Assembly: GCF_004010195.1 (NCBI RefSeq)
Contig: NC_057718.1
Location: forward strand, 21,061,612-21,125,611
Length of the DNA stretch: 64,000 nt
Reading direction: 5' to 3'
From: Chiloscyllium plagiosum
Lineage: Eukaryota
The position numbers and the translations under genes were made by a program. The stretch's first letter is position 1. The number at the start of each line of letters is the position of its first letter. Positions 11,595 to 22,920 of the stretch are shown piece by piece. Under the pieces are notes generated by a model that was not told where the DNA came from, made no database searches, and saw only the letters and a list, made by a program, of their open reading frames with translations.

Positions 11595-12653
11595 ATTTAA
11601 ATTCTGGAGGAAGCAAACAGTGACTGACTACCTAACCACAGACAAGCTGCAGAAAAATTAGCAAACTTAGGCATTCACTAAAGTTGTAGCAAATACAAAA
11701 AGTCATATTAATTTGAAACTACTGTACAACATTCAGCCCACTCAAGGATACTTCAAGATCAAAGTTACCCTATAAAAGTTCAATTTAACTGTGTCAGCTA
11801 AGCCCACTGAGTCTTTTGATAAGATCAATGCCGTTTGAATGTTTCCCGTTGACTGATCACAATTGCACTCAAGTAAACAATTTACTAATTACATTGGAGC
11901 TACTTCAGTATTGCTTCCTCAGTTCCCACAAAAGTTCTTGTGTCCTTTCAGGGAGGAGAGCAACTCGTCCTTGGGGCACGGTTCAAAACCCATTCCTGTC
12001 ACATGCAAACGTATCAAAAGGAGTCCCTACTTCACAGACAAATTGGGTTGGTAAATGTCAGTGGATTATTTGACTATGTCACTCTTCATTAGTGAACCAC
12101 ACCTGTTTTCATTCATTGTGCGCACACACCCCCACATTCTTAACACCAGCACACAATCCAATATCCCCCACACCTCACCCATTTCACTCGAGGCCACTGT
12201 ATGAAAATCCTAGTTGATTTTTATCCTCTTTATCCAATGAATACAAATAACTAATGCAGCAATTTAACTTTTTAAGCAGCTATTCTGGCATAAACTGGGT
12301 AACAAGCTTTGCTTTGCATGATGTATGGTTTCTCAAAATGTTTCACAGTTTGGTGCTCTCTCAGGGTTCATACTTCAGAATGCATCAAAATTTCTTGATT
12401 CAGGCTACTTGAAATAATTTCAGAAGATCAAGCAGTATAAAACCTTACTACCAGTCCCAGCAGATCTGTTTTAGAGCCTTTGCCAGAAAATTACTTAGTA
12501 AACAAATCCTGATCAAATAAGCCATCCATTTCATATAAAACAAATGACATAATATGATAAAATACATTTCACCCATCAATTACCTTAATCTTATCAATAT
12601 ACTTGTCTTATGACATGTTGAGTGCGACATGGGACTGAATGGCAGGCTCTTAC

Positions 12654-12731
12654 CTTGTAGTACTTGGCTCCAGTGTCATTCTGAAATAGTGTAAGGCACT
12701 TGCTGTCTAGCCTCCAGTAATGTCTTTTTCT
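12654..12731 (-). CDS. PRKD3: PRKD3 internal exon: PH domain
   Basis: tcttgcag acceptor, AAG|gtaaga donor, 78 nt (phase 0 to 0). [26 protein letters not shown]. Confidence 0.96.
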
Positions 12732-12874
12732 CTGCAAGAAACAAAATCACAATAAATGAATTTTATATTTTAAGAAAATATTAGGACCATTAAAAAGCAT
12801 GAGTCTAGTTTTGGTTGGCAAGCCTGTTCATATTGCTCTTTGACTTAAAAATCATGTCATCTAATATCAAAATG

Positions 12875-12997
12875 ATTTGGAGATGCTGGTGTTGGACTGG
12901 GGTGTACATCACCTGATGAAGGAGCGTTGCTCCGAAAGCTAGTGTGCTTCCAATTAAACCTGTTGGACTATAACCTGGTGTTGTGTGATTTTTAACT
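12875..12997 (+). mobile_element. Short PLE-like insertion, second family, with hammerhead motif at 12913-12941
   Basis: 13-bp TSD taatatcaaaatg (12862-12874 and 12998-13010); cac-CTGATGA-A-GGAGC gtt GCTCC-GAAA-G-CTA-gtg. Confidence 0.7.
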
Positions 12998-13740
12998 TAA
13001 TATCAAAATGCCATTTGTAATGATACATATTAATAGAAATAAATTTGCAAAATTTAATTCTTTAACTATCAACAAATTTTAAACACAAATTTAGATTGAA
13101 GACATTTGGATTACAAGGAAAAAATCATGATTATATCAACAATTAGTTTTGAAAATATTCCTTACATTCCCCTATAGATTTTCTATAACACTTTTGTGTG
13201 TCAAGGGGACATATTTAACATTAATATTTAATATCTATCTTTGTGCTGTCTTAACAAATCAATTTTCTCTATAAGCCTTTTGTGTTTATTAACCAACATA
13301 CAGTTCTATAAATACATGTAAGACTTCGAGGATAATGCACTTAAACAGCATTCATAAAGAGTAAAAATTGTGTCAAGAGAGTGAAAATGCTCAACAATAA
13401 TTTAGTGAGCGCTAACAGAGTTCACCAGAGGCCTTAATGAATGCTTATCCTAAATGGCACATTGTGAAAATGAAAACTGACATTATTATCAATAATAACA
13501 TACAATGAACAAAAAGTTCACAACAGAAGATTTTTAAAAACTTTATCTGAACCAAAGTTGGAATAACATACATTGTTTTGAATGCAATATGCCACGACAA
13601 TGTACTTGATTAATAGTCGATCTCACACAAACGTCAACCCACTATTTTTGGGCCAAGAATCTGAAATGTCCCATATATCTCATTTAAAAATCGACCCTAG
13701 TTCTTCACAGAAAATAGATCAACATTTCTGAGTCAGTGTG

Positions 13741-14006
13741 CCAGCCGTCCCACTCCGCTCCAGTTTCCAGTCCACTGGCTGTCCCACTCTGCTCTGGTTT
13801 CCAGTCCGTCGGCTGTCTCACTCTGCTCTGGTTTCCAGTCCGTCAGCTACCCTACTCTGCTCCAGTTTCGAGTCCTTGAAATGTCCCACTCTGCTCCCGT
13901 TTCCAGTCTGCTAGCCGTCCCATTCCGTTTCGGTTTCCAGTTCGCTGGCTGTCACTGTCCGGGCATCCAGTCCACCAGCTGTCCCACACCACTCCGGGTC
14001 TTCCAG
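13741..14006. repeat. 34-bp minisatellite, about 7.5 degenerate copies
   Basis: Unit approximately ctggctgtcccactctgctccagtttccagtccg, repeated with 34-bp period from 13741. Confidence 0.85.
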
Positions 14007-14171
14007 AAGTATGGTAATTCATTGTGATTTTAAAAATTCATTGAGAGATCAATTCGGCTTCTGCTAATGATACGGTATGAATTTTGACAGGCATGAATTT
14101 CAGCTCCTCAAAAGTAGTATCCATGTCATAGTCAACCCCATAAATATAACCTTAAAAAGTAGTGAAAAAGT

Positions 14172-14760
14172 AGTCTGTTTCCATGTTGTACAACTCTATG
14201 ATTCTATCGGAGAGAAGTTTTCAAATTCATGAAGAGTCTGGACAGAGTAGATGATGAAGACAAACATTTGCTACTTTTAAATGACTTGAAGACTGGATGG
14301 CACAGTTTAAAAGCATTTTTCAAAAGAAGCAAATGTGAGGGGAGAAAAATCTTTTTCACGCAGCAAGCTGATAAGTTCTAGAATGTACTGCCTGGAAGTG
14401 TGGTGGAGGCAGGTTCAGTTGAGGAATTCAAGCAGACAACAGTGATTATTTAATTAGAAACAATGTGCAGATTTATGCAGAAAAAGCAGAAGATTCACAC
14501 TTTGTTAAAATACTCAAAGCTGGTGAGGACACAATGAGCTGAAAATGTGTTGCTGGAAAAGCGCAGCAGGTCAGGCAGCATCCAGGGAACAGGAGAATCG
14601 ACGTCTCGGGCATAAGCCCTTCTCCTGTTCCCTGGATGCTGCCTGACCTGCTGTGCTTTTCCAGCAACACATTTTCAGCTCTGATCTCCAGCATCTGCAG
14701 ACCTCACTTTCTCCTCAAGGACACAATGAGCCAAGAGGTCTCCTTCGGCACCATAACACT
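14172..14760 (+). mobile_element. Old CR1 3' remnant(s)
   Basis: Short CR1 tail at 14172-14207, then decayed ORF2 C-terminus (ctttttcacgcagc...gtggtggaggcaggttc). Confidence 0.65.
14540..14717 (+). mobile_element. Short PLE-derived hairpin insertion nested in CR1 remnant
   Basis: 14-bp TSD aggacacaatgagc (14526-14539 and 14718-14731); centre of the hairpin deleted. Confidence 0.85.
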
Positions 14761-15779
14761 TTTTAAAAGAGAAAAGGGATCAAGACGAGCCATAATCAAG
14801 AATCACAGAATCCCTACAGTATAGAAGCAAACCATTTGGACCATTCTCAGATGTTTTTCTGTGATTTGATCATTCATCGCTTTTTTTCTTACTAAGCTGC
14901 ACATACTTGCCATCATAGCGCTGTATTGATTAATTATAAATCAGAAAAAAAGGTAAAGCTCTGGATAATTATTTATTTGGGAGGTAGATTGAGATTTAAA
15001 AGTCAGTACCATTAAAGATAACTCAGTACTATTTGGAACAAGATGTGTGCTGAATCATCATGCAATGTATCAAAGCAGGCATTTGGTCAAAATTAATAAT
15101 TAGATTGTTTTATATTGAAGTTTTGAAAATGTCTTCATTTTGTGATGTTCTCCAATAAGGCCAATAACTTTTAAAAAGATGAAATCCCTTATAACTGGTG
15201 GAAATAATCAAAAGAAGATTTCAGTTTTAAAACTTTTAATGTAGCAAATAAACTAAGATCAACTGAGATCAAACATTATCAATAGGCAACTAATAGATTC
15301 AGAATTGCATAGCACAGAAACAGACTCTTTGGTCCAACTAGTCCATTGAGATAAAGAAAACATATTTTCTCATTAATTATCTAACATAATCCTTTTGCTG
15401 TGCTACACACTACTGGTAGATATGTAGCTTTATAAGCCCCAATCCCAAGTTACTACCTTCCTAGCAGGCTCATTTCTCCTTGTCATGTCAAGTTTGAATC
15501 TTCCAGTGTCCTTTGAAGATTGCCCACACTGCCTGAGTAAATAGGCTTCAATAAGCAAGGGTCACTTTCGAAATTCCTTATTTCTTAAATCTCCAAAGGA
15601 GACTGTGTCTTCTTTTTGAACAGAGAACCAATTCTCACCAACTTCCTGTTTTGCGACAACACAAGTACAATGATTTCTCCCTCGGGTAAAGTCTGAAGGC
15701 TACTGCACAAGGAACATTACTTGAAGAGAAACCCTTCTATTCATTAATTCAAGGACTTTGAAGAACTTTTAAAAAAGGA

Positions 15780-16812
15780 AAGACATTAATGAGTTAAAGT
15801 GGACAAAAAAATCAGTACAATGTTGGAAAACATGAGGTTGCTCATTTTGGAAGGGAGAACAAAAGAAGAATATATTTAAATGGAGAAAAACTTCAGAAAT
15901 CTGCAACACAAAGGGACTTGGGGTACTTATATACAAATCACAGGAAATTAGTGCACAGGTGCGGCACATAATCAGGAAGGCCAATGAATTGTTGGCTCTT
16001 GTTTCAAGGAGTTTGGCGTGGAGGGAAGTCTTGCTGCAACTGTGCAAGGTGTTGGTGAGACCATATCTGGAGCATTGTGAGCAGTTTTGCTGCCCTAAGG
16101 GAAAAATATTAATTCACTGGAGACAGATCAGAGAAGGTTCACTCGGATGATTCCTGGTGTGGAGGGATTGTATTATGAGCAAAGGTTAAACAAGTTGACA
16201 TTCTACTAACTGAATTTAGAAAAATTAGAGGAGATCCCATTGAAAAATACATGCTTAAGGGACTTGACAGGGTAAATGCTGAGGATGTTTCCCATTATGG
16301 GACACTCCCTAACCAGAGGGCATTGTCTCAGAATTAAGGGGTGCCAATTTAAGACTGAAATGAGGAGGAAATTTGTATGTCAGAGGGTTCGGAATCTTTC
16401 GAACTCCTTACAACAGAGAACTGTAGGGGTAGAATCCTTGTGTATATTCAAAGCTGAGACAAATTGATTATTGATCAGTAGGACAGTCAAGGGTTCTGGG
16501 GAAAGAGCAGGAAAATGGGCGTGAGGAGCATCAGGAGAAAGTGAGGACTGCAGATGCTGGAGATCAAAGCTGAAAAATGTGTTGCTGGAAAAGCGCAGGT
16601 CAGCTGAAAAATGTGTTGCTGGAAAAGCGTGTGAAGAAGGGCTTATGCCCGAAACGTTGATTCTCCTGCTTCTTGGATGCTGCCTGACCTGCCGCGCTTT
16701 TCCAGCAACACATTTTTTAGCAGTGAGGAGCATCAGATCAGCCATGATCCTACTTAGTGGCAGGGCCCTACTCAGAAGGCTGAATGGCCTACTCTTGTTC
16801 CTTTTTCTTATA
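15780..16812 (+). mobile_element. Older CR1 3' portion
   Basis: ORFs 15959..16150 (LCKVLVRPYLEHC) and 16276..16467 (TRGHCLRIKG); tail ggctgaatggcctactcttgttcct. Confidence 0.85.
16535..16722 (-). mobile_element. Short PLE-derived hairpin insertion nested in CR1 3' UTR
   Basis: 14-bp TSD gtgaggagcatcag (16521-16534 and 16723-16736); tail on the left; internal duplication of gctgaaaaatgtgttgctggaaaagcg. Confidence 0.85.
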
Positions 16813-18197
16813 GTCTTGCAGGTAAAAAACACACTGCAAGCCAGAAGCTAACACATCACAACTAAACATAGGCTTTAGTGAGCATGCTATTATTGCTGTC
16901 CATTCCAAATTCACAATGATGGGAATGGAAAGGAAAATACTGCACATTTCATTCTCTTAATAGCTTTGTCTTGTCATAGTCATTGATTAGAAGACTTGCC
17001 AATGCTGCAACTCATAGCTTTTGTTCTTTCTTTCCCAAATCAAGGAATAAAAAACCAAATAAGGTAGCGACAGCCAAAAGTAAGTATAGCACTCAGAAAC
17101 CAGACATCCTCAAGATGCAGAATAAAGCCAACTCGATCAACCACAACAAAATATCATTTTAAAAAATCTCAAAAGCCATTTTGAGAGCTGCTGGGTGTGA
17201 ATTTTAATTCGGGGCCAGAAACTTTGCAGAAACTTAAGTAGCAGAGTGAAATATTTCTATTTTTATCAATCAACTTATCTCTGCCTTTCATTCACCCAGT
17301 TCTGAAGTTATCAAAAATAAGTCATGTAGTACAGAAAGTAACATGAGTAGAAATTACTGGTGAAAGCAAGGACAAATGTTTCATGCATTTATTGGGCACT
17401 CCTCTACTCCCTTTACCATAAATAAAAATAACTAACAAGACAATATCATAAAAATTTATTAAATGTTCATGGATGTAGACAGTGGTAATTCCGAGAGTAT
17501 TATCAGAGCTGGGTTGCATGCTCTTTGTTAATTGCTTTCTGAATCATTCTTCAGAAAGAGATGATTGTTTCTTTCAAGAAAGATCAGAGCAATTTGTTTC
17601 GTGTTTATTGTGGATATTTGGGCATGAAAAATAAATCTCTTGACATTTAAGGCATATAGCTCACAAGTAACTACTGGTCAGGGTATTATACAGGCAAATA
17701 CGGAGCAAAACTTCATCTACTGTGGCCCAGTTCCAATCAGGCCCTGGTAAGGCATGTTTTCCATTTCCTCCACCAGGAAGTTCTTTTTGTGGATGCTCCA
17801 AATTACAGGTGATTTTTATATCGAGTGTTAAGGACTGGATTCATATTGCAAAAATCTTCTAATGCTGAAATTATTAGAAATCTTTATCTCAATCCTGTGT
17901 GATACATTTAAACCAGTTCCAAAGGTGAGGGACTAATATTCTAATGTGCGAGATTACAATAATCTTCTTCCATGCTTTGGAGCACGCTTCCACAACTTGT
18001 GTTAGGGTTCATTTGCCAGCTGTATGTTAAGTTCATTTGCTACAAAAAGAAACATTCCTATCTCCGTTCTATGGTGTAAATATCCAACATTTTCTCAGTT
18101 CATAAACTACGACATGTTATACTGTTTAGACCAAGCTTAACACTTTTGTTCACAACAGTAAAAGTTATAAATTGCTTAAGTCTTTTTTTTTCAGTTA

Positions 18198-19850
18198 ATT
18201 TACAGAGGAGGAATCGCTGGATGTCTTGAAACAATATTACAGAGGAGAAAGTGATGGATGTTTTGAAACTCATAAAAGTGGATAAATTCCCAGGACTTGA
18301 TTAGGTGTACCCTCAAACTCTTTGGGAAGCTAGAGAAGTGATTGCTGGGCCCCTTGCTGGGATATTTGTATCATCAATAGTCACAGGCGAGGTGCCGGAA
18401 AACTCGAGGTTGACTAATGCGGTACCACTATTTAAGAAAGGCGTTAGGGACAAGCCAAGGAACTGTAGACTGGTGAGCCTGATGTCGGTGGTGGGCACTT
18501 TGTTGGAGGGAATCCTGAGGGATAGGATTTACAGGTATTTGGAAAGACAAGGACTGATTAGGGATAGTCAACATGGCTTTGTGCGTGGGAAATCATGTCT
18601 CACAAACTTGATTGACATTTTCTGAAGTAACAAAGAGGATTGATGAGGGCAGAGCGGTAGATGTGATCTATATGGACTTGGTAAGGCATTCGACAAGGTT
18701 CCCATGGGAGACTGGTTAGAAAGGTTAGATCTCATGGAATACAAGCAGAACTAGCCATTTGGATACAGTACGGCTTGAAGATATAGGAAGAGGATGGTGG
18801 TGGAGGGTTGCTTTTCAGACTGGAGGCCTGTGACCAATAGGGTGCACAAGGATCGGTGCTGGGTTCACTACTTTTCATAATTTATATAATTGATTTGGGT
18901 GTGAACAGAGGAGGTATAGTTACTAAGTTTGCAGATGACACCAAAATTGGAGGTATAGTTGAGAGCAAAGAAGGTTGCCTTACATTACAACAGGATCTTG
19001 ATCAGATGGGCCAATGGGCTGAGGAGTGGCAGATGGAGTTTAATTTAGGTAAATGGGAGGTGTTGCATTTTGGGAAAGTAAATCTTAGCAGGACTTATAC
19101 AATTAATGGTAAGGTCATAGGGTGTGTTACTGAACAAAGAGACCTTGAAGTGCAAGTTCATAGCTCCTTGAAAAGTAGAGTTGCAGGTAGATAGGATAGT
19201 GAAGAAGGTGTCTGGTATGCTTTCCTTTATCGGTCAGGGTATTGAGTACAGGAGTTGGGAGGTCATGTTGCGGCTGTACAGGACATTGGTTAGGTCACTT
19301 TTGGAATATTGCATGCAATTCTGGTCTCCTTCCTATCAGAAGGATGTTGTGAAACCTGAAAGGGTTCACAAAAGATTTTCAATGATGTCTCCAAGGTTGA
19401 AGGATTTGAGGTTTAGGGAGAGGTTGAATAGGCTGGGGCTGTTTTCCCTGAAGCGTTGGAGGCTGAGGGGTGACTTTATAGAGGTTTACAAAATCATGAA
19501 GGGCATGGATAGGTTAAACAGACAAAGTCTTTTCCCTGGGGTGCGGGAGTCCAGAACTAGATAGCATAGGTTTAGGGTGAGAGTGGAAAGATATCAAAGA
19601 GACCTAAGGGGCAACATTTTCACGCAGCGGGTGGTGCGTGTATGGAATAAGCTGCCAGAGGAAGTGATGGAGGCTGGTAAATTGCCACATTTAAAAGGCA
19701 TCTGGATGGGTACATGAATAGGAAGGGTTTGGAGGGATGTGGGCCGGGTGAGAAGTGGGACTACATTAAGTTGGGATATCTGGTCGCCATTGACAAGTTG
19801 GATCGGAGGGTCTGTTTCCGTGCTGTACATCTCTATTACTTTGACTCTAA
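18198..19850 (+). mobile_element. 5'-truncated CR1 LINE (RT region and 3' UTR)
   Basis: ORFs 18305..18625, 18856..19194 (KFADDTK), 19181..19564; ends about 70 bp from a PRKD3 donor site. Confidence 0.93.
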
Positions 19851-19860
19851 CTGATCTCTA

Positions 19861-20064
<204 letters not shown>

Positions 20065-21137
20065 TTATTGAACAAGGAATGACTATACAGGATTGAGATG
20101 GTGAATTACGAATGCAAGGGTATTCATCTTGGTTTCCAAAACTGCATAGCACAAGATTTATTTTGACCCAATTCAGTTTTAAATGGAACAGTACATAAAG
20201 AAAACACTGATAAACAAGAGCAGCATCAGTCTGGTATCAACCATTCAACTCAAACAGGCAACAATCACTATTGTATTTGTATAAAATGTTTTATCATATA
20301 TCCATAAATATATGTGGTGATCATGAACCTGCTTACGAACTAGCAAAGAGTCTGGTGTTTAACCAGTTAAAAAGAATTCAACTTGGATACATATATGCAG
20401 GTTAATTAAATTCAACTGTATCTGCAGAACTAAAGCATACAAGTATAATATCTAGAAGGCCTAAATGAAATTAAAGATTAAACTTCATTCATCCATGTTG
20501 TAAAGTTGTGGAAAGCTTCAGTAAAAAGCATTCAATGGCATTTTGATGAAATTCTTAAAAATAACTTAAAAATATCTGAACAAGAATGAGATTGACAACT
20601 AAAAGGGAAACATTGATAGAAATGATCGGACAACCTGAAGAGTGTGTTGAACATTGTGCTAGCGGACCCATTCCACCTGAAGAAAGCAACTTATCATGTG
20701 TTGAAATTTTGAACTGAAATAACTAATCTTTGCTTAAATACCTCAGGGAGGGCCACAGAAATATTTCCATGTTTGGGAGTTTTGTTTGCAATTCTGTAGC
20801 TTCCTTAGAAATTTAAATATTCAGCAGGGTTTGTGACAGGATGAATTGTAGGATTTGTTTGTGAAAGATGCAGGCCTGATGGGTTGAATTGCCACATCTT
20901 ATTCCATACTTATAATCACCTTCTTCTATTTTCAAGAAATTCTCCCTAACCTACTGCCCTCACTTCCTCCCAGTAGATTTGGATTTTGCGTCATCAGTTC
21001 ATTGTATAATATCAAACAGCAATCCTCAAATGTGCTTTAATACCACTGAGCTGGAAGCTTCTCAATAACCACAAAAAAATCTTTGTATGACTGCAACACA
21101 TAATGAATGAATTGCTTTCAGTTACAGATATGTAACT

Positions 21138-21470
21138 GGGCGGCAAGGTGGCACAGTGGTTAGCACTGCTGCCTCACAGCACCGGAGACCCAGGTTCAAT
21201 TCCCACCTCAGGCGACTGACTGTGTGGAGTTTGCACGTTCTCCCCGTGTCTGCGTGGGTTTCCTCCAGGTGCTCCGGTTTCCTCCCACAGTCCAAAGATG
21301 TGCAGGTTAGGTGAATTGGCCATGCTAAATTGCCCATAGTGTTAGGTAAGGGGTAAATGTAGGGGTATGGGTGGGTTGCGCTTCGGCGGGTCGGTGTGGA
21401 CTTGTTGGGTCGAAGGGCCTGTTTCCACACTGTAATGTAATCTAATCTAATCTAATCTAAAATCTAATCT
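21138..21470 (+). mobile_element. V-domain SINE (HE1-like), full length
   Basis: A box tggcacagtggtt, B box ggttcaattcc, V-domain, CR1-like tail and (tctaa)n. Confidence 0.9.
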
Positions 21471-21551
21471 GTGTAAGTGAGAAAGAAAGATCTCAATAGA
21501 AGGAAAATAGTATCAAATTAATAAACATTCTGCAAGGATGGATGGTAAGTC

Positions 21552-21615
21552 AGTAGGAGGGTCTAATCTTGATCCAACCATCAAGTAGAAGGGTCTAATC
21601 TTGATCCAACCATTA
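21552..21615. repeat. 32-bp tandem duplication
   Basis: agtag(g/a)agggtctaatcttgatccaaccat(c/t)a x2. Confidence 0.85.
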
Positions 21616-21717
21616 AGTAAATACAGCATCTTAAGTATAAGAAGGTCCACTGTTTACGATAAAACAATTTTCTTCATTACTTTGATGGTTACTTGTAGCA
21701 TAAAATAAAAGTATTAC

Positions 21718-21901
21718 CTGATTGTTCTGACAGGTTCTTCATCTTTGTCACCATCCAGATCAGATGAGTCCATAAAGTACAATTTTTCTTCTGAGGTGGA
21801 CGGCTCTTCAGTATCATCCAACATTCTACTCCCATCGTTGTTCATGTCACTGCTATCTACTTCCATGGGCATATCAGAGTCAGGTCCTGGGCTGGCTGGT
21901 T
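21718..21901 (-). CDS. PRKD3: PRKD3 internal exon: acidic linker
   Basis: tttgcag acceptor, AG|gtaata donor, 184 nt (phase 1 to 2). (E)PASPGPDSDMPMEVDSSDMNNDGSRMLDDTEEPSTSEEKLYFMDSSDLDGDKDEEPVRTI(S). Confidence 0.93.
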
Positions 21902-22144
21902 CTGCAAAGATTTATATTAAAATTGCTATGTACATTTTCAGTGTTCAATTTGGATATCTCTGTTAATAGTTCATCAAATGTACTGGATGCAGATAATGAA
22001 GGTGCTTAATTCAATTCCAAATCTGTGTTACATAATCTGACCTCACCAAAGAAGATGCTGTTACAGACAGAATTAACTTGAGCACCCACATAAGGAGGGC
22101 AAGATCAGCCAAGATTTTGTCATCCTGATTGCTATCCAGACAAT

Positions 22145-22257
22145 CTTATAGCGATTACAGCACCAACACTTTAAGTGCTGTTTCTATCGCGTGATTCTTC
22201 TATTATGCAGGGTTGCATTGGAACACAACCATTGTGTTATAGAAGAACTGACTGTAG
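22145..22257. mobile_element. pogo/Tigger-like MITE, right half
   Basis: Ends ttatagaagaactgactgta, matching the terminus of 9003-9222. Confidence 0.45.
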
Positions 22258-22604
22258 TCATAAAAACGGCCTAAGGTTGGCAGTTTTAGACCTGAATAGT
22301 TTCCAGTCTTGCCTCAAAATGCCCTGGAAGGGAAGTAATCACAAAAATTTGAGCAACAGGTAAAGCAGTTCACATTGCTGCTGTGTGGTAGCAACACAAG
22401 TGATATTTTGCACTAATGAATTGTTTGTTTCAAATCAAAGAGATATTTTACTATCACACAAATGAGTAAGGTGGCATATAAAAGTGCCAGTACATGCCAG
22501 GTGTGTAGGCTGCACATCCCAACAACTGGCAAAAGATGTTAAAAAGCACACCACATTGATTGTCTGCAATAGGCTTGTACCTATTGACTTGTACCTGCCT
22601 GTAA

Positions 22605-22920
22605 AGCATTGGAGCAGATGCAGGCCATTCAGTCGATCAAGTCTGCTCCACCATTCAATGAGATTGTGGCGGATCTAATAATCCTCAACTTCACTTTCCT
22701 GCTTTTCCCTTGATCCTTGATTTTCTTACTGTTTAAATATCTGTACCTCAGTCACAAGAGCCCTCTGTGGTGAGGAATTCCAAAGAATCACGACCCTCAG
22801 AGAAGAAATTCTCCTCACCTTCATCATAAATATGTCATCCCTCATTCTGCAATTCCACCCTCTAATGTAGAGGCTCCCACATGGAGAAATCAATCTTTCC
22901 GCATCTACGGTGTAAAGTTA
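22605..22920 (-). mobile_element. Old CR1 3' remnant
   Basis: aggccattcagtcgatcaagtctgctccaccattcaatg (reverse CR1 tail) and gaattccaaaga...agagaagaaattctcctca. Confidence 0.65.

Noticed and set aside
11391..11600. Recurrent ORFs containing DCGRKPEHPEETHADTG
   Set aside because: Antisense translation of the SINE V-domain; not a protein family.
1..12653. Next PRKD3 PH exon (EIPLSEIL...)
   Set aside because: Not found by eye; it probably lies left of position 1.
13741..14006. CRISPR-like array (34-bp period)
   Set aside because: Units are contiguous with no unique spacers, the context is eukaryotic, and there are no cas genes.
21138..21215. tRNA gene
   Set aside because: The A/B boxes belong to a SINE head that continues into the V-domain and LINE-like tail.
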